Position numbers and translations under genes: made by a program. DNA of 43,960 bases from Caldisericota bacterium (GTDB lineage Bacteria > Caldisericota > Caldisericia > JAAYUI01). The stretch lies in NCBI GenBank assembly GCA_029548865.1, contig JAKPMO010000022.1, positions 1-43,960 of the forward strand. The letters run 5' to 3'. The notes beneath the pieces were generated by a model. The model made no database searches and had not been told where the DNA came from. It saw only the letters and a list, made by a program, of their open reading frames with translations. This document shows positions 1-8,245 of this stretch, one piece after another. Within the stretch, counting starts at the first letter, position 1. Each line of letters begins with the position of its first letter.

Positions 1-1040
1 GGGATTTTTGCAATGTCTTCAAAAGATACAACTGGAGCAATAACAGTTGTGAAGGCAACTTCAAACTCACCTTTGAGTGGATTCTGTGTGAGTTCATTAA
101 CTGAACCCGAAGTTCCAAAGGTGATAAACTGTGCAGCCTGGCGAACTGTCATCTTGGAATTTTTTGTGACTGGCCCATTGTAGTAGTCTTCAAGAGCTTT
201 TCTGTCCTGTTTCCAGAATTCAAGAAGCTGCTTGTATTCCTCATCTTTCATGCCTTCTGGCTGGGTTGGCGGTTTCTCTTCATCAAACCTGTTGATTTGA
301 GCCATAATAAGGCTCTTGCAACCAAATCCTTGAAGGGCCTTTGATAAACTTGCGATCTCAGCATCGTTAAGGCCACCAGCGACTGTTATGACTACTGATT
401 CTTGAAGCTGGTTTTTCTCTTTGTTTTGCGGGAAAATTGAAGCCTTGAGTGCTGGATTGTGGATGGTATAAGCTCTGACAAAATCAAGCTGGGCAAAGGT
501 CTGAACATCAGCTTTGTTCATACGAACAAGATATGTGTCTGGCCAGAGAGGATATCCATCAAGTATCTTGGCGCCCATTGAATTGATCTTGTCAATCCAG
601 ACCTTTTTCATTGGACCAACGAAACGAACTACATAATAAGCAAAATCAGAGCCCTTGTAGTCCCAAGCGGCAAGATTCTTTAGATAACTATTTTCCAATC
701 CTTCGATCTGGAAAAGCTTTGAACCAGCCTTGTCAAGGGAGAGGTGCATGCCTCCAACGATACATACATCAGCCCTTCCGATGGTGACAAAATCAATATT
801 GTTGTCGCCAAGGGACTTGACCTGATCGGTCGTAGCCTCGGTAAGAATCGAGCCTTGCGCATACTCTGAAAGCTTCGGAAGGTGAAGGCTCTCAAAAGTG
901 CTTCTCTGTGTGGGGTTCTTGAGATAGACAAGAAGCTGCATGACCGGCCCATCAGCGGAAGCCCTGGTACCGATACCCACCAAGGACGGGAGAACCATCA
1001 CAATGGCAAGCAACGCAGTAAGCAACTTAATTTTTCTCAT
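1..1040 (-). CDS. Secreted protein, N-terminal part (signal peptide plus probable propeptide of an S8/KP-43-like serine peptidase); runs off window start
   Basis: Not in the ORF track because it has no stop in the window. Hand translation from ATG 1040 (AAAGGA upstream) gives MRKIKLLTALLAIVMVLPSLVG..., containing YYVVRFVGPMKKVWIDKINSMGAKILDGYPLWPDTYLVRM, which resembles the YxVQFxGP...YLVR propeptide motif. The frame is open to position 1 (...EDIAKNP). Confidence 0.7.
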   Translation of the reverse strand, partial: MRKIKLLTALLAIVMVLPSLVGIGTRASADGPVMQLLVYLKNPTQRSTFESLHLPKLSEYAQGSILTEATTDQVKSLGDNNIDFVTIGRADVCIVGGMHLSLDKAGSKLFQIEGLENSYLKNLAAWDYKGSDFAYYVVRFVGPMKKVWIDKINSMGAKILDGYPLWPDTYLVRMNKADVQTFAQLDFVRAYTIHNPALKASIFPQNKEKNQLQESVVITVAGGLNDAEIASLSKALQGFGCKSLIMAQINRFDEEKPPTQPEGMKDEEYKQLLEFWKQDRKALEDYYNGPVTKNSKMTVRQAAQFITFGTSGSVNELTQNPLKGEFEVAFTTVIAPVVSFEDIAKI

Positions 1041-1186
1041 GTACAATCTTCCTTTCATGCGAGGCAACACCTCAAAGGATTTCAGCCAAAATGCTCCAAG
1101 CGGCGGCACAATTAACCGAACGCTTAAAACACAATAAAAATGGCTGTTACGCATTCACGCCTCAACCATTTGCTCGTACGAAGAGT

Positions 1187-1214
1187 ATTATAACGAGAAG
1201 GTACCCTCTGTCAA
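1187..1214 (-). promoter_or_regulatory. Sigma70-type promoter for the S8-like gene
   Basis: Perfect TTGACA (1214-1209), 16 bp spacer, TATAAT (1192-1187). Confidence 0.75.
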
Positions 1215-1360
1215 TACCATATATAAAAGCATTTCAGTATATGCACAGACAATCAAACATAATCATGATTCTGGCAAAAAATACGATTATGGTAAAATAA
1301 TACACACCATCTGGGAATTATCTGCACATTAGTTTTTTTTGGGAACAATTTTGAGACGAT

Positions 1361-1435
1361 TGGCAGCCCCGACGAGAGTCGAACTCGTACCTACACCTTG
1401 AAAGAGTGTCGTCCTAACCGCTAGACTACGGGGCC
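1361..1435 (-). tRNA. tRNA-Glu(TTC)
   Basis: GGCCCCG/CGGGGCT acceptor stem, anticodon loop CTTTCAA, GTTCGAC T-loop, encoded CCA. Confidence 0.95.
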
Positions 1436-1443
1436 ATTTCATG

Positions 1444-1516
1444 TGAGTCGTGCAAGACTCGAACTTGCGACCCCCTGCTTAAAAGGCAGGTGCTCTACCG
1501 GCTGAGCTAACGACCC
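1444..1516 (-). tRNA. tRNA-Lys(TTT), CCA not encoded
   Basis: GGGTCGT/ACGACTC acceptor stem, TAGCTCAG D-arm, CCTGC-CTTTTAA-GCAGG anticodon arm, GTTCGAG T-loop. Confidence 0.95.
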
Positions 1517-1527
1517 ATACCCACAGA

Positions 1528-1555
1528 ATTTTATAAGTGGCTAAATACTTGTCAA
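1528..1555 (-). promoter_or_regulatory. Sigma70-type promoter of the tRNA-Lys/tRNA-Glu pair
   Basis: TTGACA (1555-1550), 16 bp, TAAAAT (1533-1528), just upstream of tRNA-Lys. Confidence 0.7.
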
Positions 1556-1564
1556 GGTTTATTC

Positions 1565-1593
1565 TTGACCGTTATTTTGCATTCGGCTAAACT
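1565..1593 (+). promoter_or_regulatory. Sigma70-type promoter of prfA
   Basis: TTGACC (1565-1570), 17 bp, TAAACT (1588-1593), 10 nt before ATG 1604. Confidence 0.55.
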
Positions 1594-1603
1594 GGATTTT
1601 TGC

Positions 1604-2677
1604 ATGAATAAAAGGGCACAAGGTGTAATACAACGATACAATGAGCTGGTCAAATTGCTGGCCGATCCAACAACTCTTTCAGACCAGAACAAGTTTAAGG
1701 AACTCTCAAAAGAGCAGTCCCAGCTTGCCGATATTGTAGAATACGCAACGCTGGTTGAAAAACTTGAGAGTGAAATCGAGCAGGTAAAAAACATGCTCTC
1801 TGGTGAAGACAAGGAGCTCAAAGAGTTGGCACAAGCTGAGATTGACTCATTAACAGCACAGCTTGAAACATCTTCAAATAGGCTTAACAGGCTCTTGATA
1901 CCCAAAGACCCAAGGGATGAGAAATCTGTAATCATGGAGATGAGGGCTGCTGCAGGCGGTGAGGAGTCTGCTCTCTTCGCCTCTGAACTCTTTAGGGTTT
2001 ACTCCCTGTACGCAATGAGAAGGGGATGGAAACTTGAAGTAATAGATTCCCATGCCACAGATATTGGTGGTTTCAAAGAGATAACCTTCTCTATCGAGGG
2101 CAAGGACGTATACCGCTACATGAAATACGAAAGCGGAGTACACAGAGTGCAAAGGGTTCCAGAAACTGAGGCTTCTGGAAGAATACACACAAGCACGATC
2201 ACTGTAGCTGTTATGCAGGAAGCTGAAGATGTTGATGTCCAGATAAAACCAGAGGATTTAAGAATAGATGTCTACAGATCATCAGGACACGGAGGGCAAT
2301 GTGTCCAGACAACTGATTCTGCAGTCAGGATAACCCACTTGCCAACGGGCATCGTGATGACTTGCCAGGACGAAAGATCTCAAACCCAAAACAAGGAAAG
2401 GGCCATGAAGGTCCTCAGGGCAAGGCTTTTTGAACTGGAACAGGAAAAACGCGAAAAAGAACAGGTCAATGCCAGGAGGGTCCAGATTGGTTCTGGCGAT
2501 CGCGCAGAAAAAATCAGAACATACAACTTCCCACAATGCCGAGTAACTGACCACCGCATCGGACTAACTATATATAGATTACCCGACGTGATGATGGGCG
2601 ACCTCGATCTTATCATCAGTGAGCTGATAGAAGCCGAGGAGAGAGCCAAACTTGAGCAACTCTCAAAAGCTCAGTAA
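1604..2677 (+). CDS. prfA: Peptide chain release factor 1
   Basis: ESGVHRVQRVPETE (PxT RF1 motif), GRIHTST, GGQ, RTYNFPQxRVTDHRI; ATG 1604 preferred over TTG 1565, which lies in the -35 box. Confidence 0.97.
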   Translation: MNKRAQGVIQRYNELVKLLADPTTLSDQNKFKELSKEQSQLADIVEYATLVEKLESEIEQVKNMLSGEDKELKELAQAEIDSLTAQLETSSNRLNRLLIPKDPRDEKSVIMEMRAAAGGEESALFASELFRVYSLYAMRRGWKLEVIDSHATDIGGFKEITFSIEGKDVYRYMKYESGVHRVQRVPETEASGRIHTSTITVAVMQEAEDVDVQIKPEDLRIDVYRSSGHGGQCVQTTDSAVRITHLPTGIVMTCQDERSQTQNKERAMKVLRARLFELEQEKREKEQVNARRVQIGSGDRAEKIRTYNFPQCRVTDHRIGLTIYRLPDVMMGDLDLIISELIEAEERAKLEQLSKAQ

Positions 2678-3494
2678 CACAATCAAGGCAGTCGAAGAAA
2701 TCCTTAAAACAAGACCCAATCCAAACTGGGACGCGATAGAGATTGCAAGGCGTACACTTGGAACCAGCAGGCAGGAGATCATTCTAAGTATTGGTGTTAG
2801 GTCAATTTCAAACGATAATTCTGACAAAATGATTAAGATTGCTACCAAGGTCTCAACAGGTTTTCCACTTGAGTATGCACTCGGGGTAACATCATTTCTG
2901 GGCATTGATATAAGAGTCACACCTGACGTTTTGATTCCAAGACCAGACACTGAGACATTGGTACTTGAAGCTGAGAAAATAATTAATGGAAGGGCCCTCA
3001 AGCTTATAGATGTTTGCACAGGTTCCGGCTGTATTGCCATAGCCCTGAAAAAAAGAAACCAAAAGTGCGAAGTTACTGCAACAGACATCTCGCCAGACTG
3101 CCTGAAGATTGCAAAGGAAAACGCTGCATTCAACAACACCGATATAAACTTTTTGCAAGCTGATCTTACAAATAATATCAAGGGGAAGTTCGATATTCTA
3201 ACCTGTAATCCACCCTACATACCCACAAAAGAAATATCTCTTCTCGAGAAAGAAATATCCTATGAACCCATATCTGCACTCGATGGTGGAGAAGATGGTC
3301 TTCAATACTACAGAAGACTTTCTCTTAGCATTACAGATGTTCTATCAGAAGATGGTTTCGCTATAATTGAAGTGGATTGCCCAAAAATTGAAACTGCCAA
3401 AAAACTTGAAAAAATTTTTGAAAATTATTCTTTCTGTTTCGCGCCCGACATATCAGGTAACAAAAGAGTGCTTAAGTTATGGAGGAAAAAATGA
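2652..3494 (+). CDS. prmC: Release factor glutamine methyltransferase
   Basis: VLIPRPDTE, DVCTGSGCIA (SAM-binding), NPPY, ALDGGEDGL; follows prfA. Confidence 0.95.
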   Translation: MSNSQKLSNTIKAVEEILKTRPNPNWDAIEIARRTLGTSRQEIILSIGVRSISNDNSDKMIKIATKVSTGFPLEYALGVTSFLGIDIRVTPDVLIPRPDTETLVLEAEKIINGRALKLIDVCTGSGCIAIALKKRNQKCEVTATDISPDCLKIAKENAAFNNTDINFLQADLTNNIKGKFDILTCNPPYIPTKEISLLEKEISYEPISALDGGEDGLQYYRRLSLSITDVLSEDGFAIIEVDCPKIETAKKLEKIFENYSFCFAPDISGNKRVLKLWRKK

Positions 3495-4411
3495 AAGAAT
3501 TTGACGTGGCGATTATAGGCGGTGGACCCGCCGGTCTTGGCGCCGCAATATATTCAGGAAGAGCGATGCTGAAAACAGTGCTTTTTGACAAATTTGGCAC
3601 TGGCGGCCAACTCAATTCATACGAAAAGATAGCTAACTATCCTGGTTTTTTTGAAGACACACCAACATACAAACTCTCCGAATCGCTCCTTGCCCACGCA
3701 CAAAGATTTGGGGCTGAAATCATCTACGACGAAATAATCTCAATAAGTGACGATGAGGAGTGGAAAATACTCAAAGGTTTTGCAGATTCGTATAGGGTCC
3801 ATGCCTCAATAGTAGCGACAGGCGTGAGGTATAAAAATCTCGGCGTAGAAGGCGAAGAGAAATTGAGGGGAAGAGGCGTATCATACTGCGCCACCTGCGA
3901 TGGTCCATTCTTTGTAGGCAAGGACATTGTTGTGGTGGGCGGAGGAGACAGCGCCCTTCAAGAAGCCCAGCATCTCACACAATTCGGCAGGGAAGTGACC
4001 ATCATTCACAGAAGGGATGAATTTAGGGCATATCCCGATCTCAGGGAGATGGTGCAGAAACATCCAAAAATAAAATGCCTTATGAATTCAACAGTACAAT
4101 CTATTGAGGGAAAAGATTTTGTGGAAGGGATAATAATAAAAAATGTTGTCACTGGAGAGGTGTCAAAAATGAAAACCAACGCGGTATTCATTTTTGTTGG
4201 TCTTCAGCCAAACACCGAGTTCCTTTCCGGATATGCTGATCTTGATGACTATGGCTATGTAAAAACTGGCGAAGATATGTCAACATCAAAAAAAGGCGTC
4301 TTTGCAGCAGGAGATATCAGGATCAAGGACATAAGGCAGGTAATAACGGCTGTCTCGGATGGTGCAATAGCCGCACAGAGTGCATGGAAATATATGAGTT
4401 GCAGAAAGTGA
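3491..4411 (+). CDS. trxB: Thioredoxin-disulfide reductase
   Basis: GGGPAG, GRGVSYCATCDG, GGGDSA, AAGD; GGAGG RBS before ATG 3491. Confidence 0.95.
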   Translation: MKEFDVAIIGGGPAGLGAAIYSGRAMLKTVLFDKFGTGGQLNSYEKIANYPGFFEDTPTYKLSESLLAHAQRFGAEIIYDEIISISDDEEWKILKGFADSYRVHASIVATGVRYKNLGVEGEEKLRGRGVSYCATCDGPFFVGKDIVVVGGGDSALQEAQHLTQFGREVTIIHRRDEFRAYPDLREMVQKHPKIKCLMNSTVQSIEGKDFVEGIIIKNVVTGEVSKMKTNAVFIFVGLQPNTEFLSGYADLDDYGYVKTGEDMSTSKKGVFAAGDIRIKDIRQVITAVSDGAIAAQSAWKYMSCRK

Positions 4412-4419
4412 GGATTGCT

Positions 4420-5505
4420 ATGGACACAAGGATTCATGATTTCAGGGAAGCAATGAAGGAGCGCAGTATTGATGCTGCATTGTTTGTCAGCACAGAAACA
4501 AGGATCAACAAAAACGTTTTTTATCTTTCCGGATTCACTGGTGAAGATGGCTATCTATTAGTCACCCAGGACAATGTGCAGCTTTTTGTCGATGGTAGGT
4601 ACCCAGAGCAGGCCCACGAAGAAGCAAAAAAAGGTATTGATGTGACACTCGTTGAATACCCGATTTCAGATTTCCTTGTCAAAATGATACAGGACGGCTG
4701 CATCCAGTCTCTTGGCCTCGAAGAAAGTATTCTTTCGCACTCTTTTTACAAAATCATGTCAGAAAAACTCCCCAAAACAGTCCTCAAATCTTCCGATGGC
4801 ATGTGCGAAGCAATGAGGATCATTAAAAGCCAAGATGAGATTGAATTCATAAGGAATTCATGCAAAGTTGCCTGTGAGTCTTTCACCGAAACACTTGGCG
4901 TCGTCAAGGAAGGGGTCTCGGAGAGAGATATCTGTGCAGAGCTTGAATACCAGATGAAAAGACGCGGTGCAAAAAAACCAAGCTTCGATATAATTGTCGC
5001 TTCCGGTTTCAGGGCCGCAATGGCTCATGGCGTCGCATCAGATAAAAAACTCAAGGCAGGCGAATTTGTTGTTTTCGACTGGGGATGTTTTGTAAACAAT
5101 TATGCCTCGGACTTTACAAGAACACTCGTTGTTGGAGAGCCAACACCAAAACATATTAAGATATACGACACGGTAAGGCGCGCCCAAGAAGCAGCAATGG
5201 GGAAATTTAAGCCAGGAACAAAAGCTTGCGACGCCGACAAAGTGGCAAGGGATATAATTTCAAACGCCGGCTATGAAAAGAACTTCAATCATTCTTTGGG
5301 GCACGGGGTTGGCTTGGACATTCACGAAAGACCAGGTGCTTCGATGAGGACGGAGGATGAATTCAAGGCTGGCATGATATGCACAAACGAGCCCGGAATT
5401 TATATTGAAGGATGGGGTGGTGTAAGAATAGAAGACACCGTCCTCATCAGCGACGAGGGCGGTGTCCCGCTTGCTAATCTGTCAAAAGATCTGATTATAG
5501 TTTAG
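4420..5505 (+). CDS. Xaa-Pro peptidase, M24 family
   Basis: Creatinase-N region (YLSGFTG, DGRY), SDFTRT, HSLGHGVGLDIHE, EPGIY, GVRIED. Confidence 0.93.
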   Translation: MDTRIHDFREAMKERSIDAALFVSTETRINKNVFYLSGFTGEDGYLLVTQDNVQLFVDGRYPEQAHEEAKKGIDVTLVEYPISDFLVKMIQDGCIQSLGLEESILSHSFYKIMSEKLPKTVLKSSDGMCEAMRIIKSQDEIEFIRNSCKVACESFTETLGVVKEGVSERDICAELEYQMKRRGAKKPSFDIIVASGFRAAMAHGVASDKKLKAGEFVVFDWGCFVNNYASDFTRTLVVGEPTPKHIKIYDTVRRAQEAAMGKFKPGTKACDADKVARDIISNAGYEKNFNHSLGHGVGLDIHERPGASMRTEDEFKAGMICTNEPGIYIEGWGGVRIEDTVLISDEGGVPLANLSKDLIIV

Positions 5506-5723
5506 AGCCTGTATACGGTGATGACGTTGTCCGGGCAAATGGTTGCACAGGACTTACAGGCAATGCACTGGTCCATGTTAACACAGTAGGCTGGATGGTA
5601 GCCGTTCTGGTTAATGTTGTCGGAGAGCGCAAGTATGTGTGTCGGGCAAACCTCGATGCACAACCCGCATGCCTTGCACCTTTCATCTATGAAAACCACT
5701 TTTCCCTTTACAGCTGTTGCCAT
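5502..5723 (-). CDS. 2x[4Fe-4S] ferredoxin (2-oxoacid:ferredoxin oxidoreductase delta-subunit-like)
   Basis: CKACGLCIEVCP and CIACKSCATICPD, N..GYHPA linker; AAGGAG RBS before ATG 5723. Confidence 0.9.
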   Translation of the reverse strand: MATAVKGKVVFIDERCKACGLCIEVCPTHILALSDNINQNGYHPAYCVNMDQCIACKSCATICPDNVITVYRL

Positions 5724-5742
5724 TTCAACTCCTTTCAACCAC

Positions 5743-5771
5743 ATGTTAGCTTGGGCAAGGTTGCATTTCAA
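5743..5771 (-). promoter_or_regulatory. Sigma70-type promoter of the ferredoxin gene
   Basis: TTGAAA, 17 bp, TAACAT. Confidence 0.5.
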
Positions 5772-5787
5772 GGACAGGGTGGCATCT

Positions 5788-5815
5788 TTGACATGACAAA
5801 ACAAATATTTACAAT
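5788..5815 (+). promoter_or_regulatory. Sigma70-type promoter of the buk operon
   Basis: TTGACA (5788-5793), 16 bp, TACAAT (5810-5815), followed by GGAGG RBS. Confidence 0.7.
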
Positions 5816-5832
5816 ATATTTCGGAGGTACAA

Positions 5833-6945
5833 GTGAGCAATTCTTTTTACATTCTGGCGATTAATCCAGGTAGCACTTCCAACAAGATTGGCCTTTTCAA
5901 GGGCCACGACAAAGTGTTCGAGCTTACCATCAGACACAGTAGAGAAGAACTTGCACCTTTCAAGGGGATCTGGGATCAATACGAATTCCGTTACAAAACA
6001 ATAAGCGAAGAATTCAAAAAACACCCGGACACAGTTGGCCACCTTGATGCTATCGTAGGAAGAGGCGGTCTCATTAAGCCCATTGTCTCTGGTACTTACG
6101 AAGTAAACGAAGAGATGATGCAAGATGCTAAAAATAACTATCAGGGAGAACACGCTTCGAATCTTGGCTGTGTACTGGCCCATGATCTTGCAAAAGAGTA
6201 TGGTTGCAAAGCATATATTGTTGACCCTACTTCAACATGTGAATTTCAGAGACTCTCCTTTTATTCTGGCCACCCCCTCATTACCAGGCGTGCTATTGCA
6301 CACGCCCTTAATATTCACGCCATCGCCAGAAAAGCGAGTCAAGATCTTGGAATTCCTTACAACAAATCAAGATTCATCGTCGTTCATTGTGGTGGCGGGA
6401 TAACCGTGGCCTCCGTCGTTGGCGGCAAGATGATCGACAACAACGATGCAACCTGTGAAGGACCATTTACACCCGAAAGATCGGGGAGCATGCCGCTCAT
6501 ACCATTCACCAATTTATGCTTCTCTGGCAAATATACCCAGTCGCAAATCAAAAAAATGATAATGGGTGAAGGCGGCTTTGTCGCCTATCTTGGAACAAAC
6601 TCAGCTGTCAAAGCCGAAGAAATGGCAAAATCTGGTGACGCAGCAGCGCTTGAAGTCTATCAAGCAATGGTTTACCAGATAGCAAAGGATATTGGTTCAC
6701 AAGCCACTGTTCAAAAAGGCAATTATGATGCCATACTTATTACTGGCGGTCTTGCCTACTCAGATTATTTTATTGACAGCCTCTCGGAAAGAATAAGTTT
6801 TCTCGGCAAGATATTGAGGTATCCTGGCGAGGACGAGCTTGGAGCACTCGCTGGTGGTGCATTAAGGATTTTGGAGGGCTCGGAGAAGGCCCTATCTTAT
6901 CCACAATTTGGAGAAAGGCCACCTGAATGGAAATTTGCCACCTAA
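5833..6945 (+). CDS. buk: Butyrate kinase
   Basis: ILAINPGSTS, GRGGL, EHASNLG, HALN, GPFTPERSG, LITGGLAYS, YPGEDEL. Confidence 0.95.
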   Translation: MSNSFYILAINPGSTSNKIGLFKGHDKVFELTIRHSREELAPFKGIWDQYEFRYKTISEEFKKHPDTVGHLDAIVGRGGLIKPIVSGTYEVNEEMMQDAKNNYQGEHASNLGCVLAHDLAKEYGCKAYIVDPTSTCEFQRLSFYSGHPLITRRAIAHALNIHAIARKASQDLGIPYNKSRFIVVHCGGGITVASVVGGKMIDNNDATCEGPFTPERSGSMPLIPFTNLCFSGKYTQSQIKKMIMGEGGFVAYLGTNSAVKAEEMAKSGDAAALEVYQAMVYQIAKDIGSQATVQKGNYDAILITGGLAYSDYFIDSLSERISFLGKILRYPGEDELGALAGGALRILEGSEKALSYPQFGERPPEWKFAT

Positions 6946-7691
6946 AAAAGAAGCTTGAGGAGGGGGTCCTCACAATTACCATTGACAGGCCCGCACAGTT
7001 AAATGCCCTGAATAAGGACGTCCTTGCGGAACTTGAACAGGTAATTGATGAGGCAGAGAAGAATACGTCCGTCAGGGCAATAATACTGACCGGCGAAGGA
7101 AAAGCCTTTGTGGCTGGGGCTGACATTTCAACCATGGTTGGAATGGATGAGACACAAGCACTGAATTTTGCTAGTTTTGGGCAAAAGGTTTTTGATAAAA
7201 TTGAGAACCTCTCAAAGATTGTCATTGCCGCAATCAACGGTTTTGCGCTTGGTGGAGGCTGCGAACTCGCAATGTCATGCGACATTAGGTATGCAAGCGA
7301 AAAAGCGAAACTGGGGCAGCCAGAGGTCAACCTCGGGGTGATCCCAGGTTTTGCAGGCACGCAAAGATTACCAAGGCTTGTTGGACCCGGAAAAGCGCTT
7401 GAATTGCTTGTCACAGGCAACGTAATAGATGCCAATCAGGCTCTTCAGATAGGGCTTGTTGACAAGGTGCTGCCACCAGAGGGGCTTATGGAAGAGGCAA
7501 TAAAACTTGCAAAAGCAATTGCAACTAAGTGCCCAGGGGCAGTATCACTCAACAAAAAAGCGCTCAAATCGGGACTCCCCAATTTCAACGAAAAGGAAGA
7601 GGCCTCACTTTTTGCCAAATGTTTCAAATCAGGTGATGCCAAAAAAGGTATGGAAGCTTTCCTGAATAAGACCCAAGCGGACTGGAGCTGA
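6927..7691 (+). CDS. crt: Enoyl-CoA hydratase/crotonase
   Basis: KAFVAGADI, INGFALGGGCELAMSCD, GQPEVNLG, GTQRLPRLVG. Confidence 0.88.
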   Translation: MEICHLKKKLEEGVLTITIDRPAQLNALNKDVLAELEQVIDEAEKNTSVRAIILTGEGKAFVAGADISTMVGMDETQALNFASFGQKVFDKIENLSKIVIAAINGFALGGGCELAMSCDIRYASEKAKLGQPEVNLGVIPGFAGTQRLPRLVGPGKALELLVTGNVIDANQALQIGLVDKVLPPEGLMEEAIKLAKAIATKCPGAVSLNKKALKSGLPNFNEKEEASLFAKCFKSGDAKKGMEAFLNKTQADWS

Positions 7692-7693
7692 CA

Positions 7694-8245
7694 GTGGAAC
7701 TCCCAGCCAATCTCAGGGAAACGACACTTGCGGAGCTTATCCAACTGATCGAGCTTCACAGCGCCTCGGGAAGGCTCCAGATAATAAAAACCGACACCGA
7801 CGAAAGAGCCTCCATTTTCTTTACGCAGGGGCAAGTTGTTCACGCAACAACCCCAAGATGTCAGGGAGAAGACGCAATAATCGAACTCTTCTCTTGGGAC
7901 AAAGGGAAAATATTATTTTCGGAAGCATCTGCCATCCCACCAAGATCAATAAACCTCTCAAACACTGATATCATAATAAAAGGACTTGGTGAAGCGCAGG
8001 AAACTGCGGAATTCATGATAGGGCTCCCTCCAATGCCCACCGTATTAAGACTCAATACCAGCTCGATGAGTGGAGATGGTGGCGAAAAGATAACGCTAGA
8101 TATATCGGAATGGAATTTTTTAATACTGGTTGATGGCAGAAGAACTCTCCAGCAAATTTTTGATGAATGCAATCTTAGCCAAAGCCAGGCGGCAAAATTA
8201 ATTGGAAGACTTCTTGAGCAAAAGGTGGTTGTTCCCATAAGATGA
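7694..8245 (+). CDS. DUF4388 (PatA-N-like) domain protein with C-terminal winged-helix-like region
   Basis: L.ETTLAELIQLI...SGRL...IFF.QGQVVHA...GEDAI.ELFSW..G.I.F pattern; C-terminal EW.FL.LVDGRRTL. Confidence 0.75.
   Translation: MELPANLRETTLAELIQLIELHSASGRLQIIKTDTDERASIFFTQGQVVHATTPRCQGEDAIIELFSWDKGKILFSEASAIPPRSINLSNTDIIIKGLGEAQETAEFMIGLPPMPTVLRLNTSSMSGDGGEKITLDISEWNFLILVDGRRTLQQIFDECNLSQSQAAKLIGRLLEQKVVVPIR

Noticed and set aside
680..1300. Short ORFs 680-952, 882-1115, 940-1137 and 1091-1300 in the track
   Set aside because: They overlap the long minus-strand CDS (1-1040) or its promoter and leader, and have no RBS or motifs
1361..1516. tRNAs as an integration site for the accessory locus
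   Set aside because: I saw no integrase and no duplicated tRNA 3' end; the accessory region is over 30 kb away
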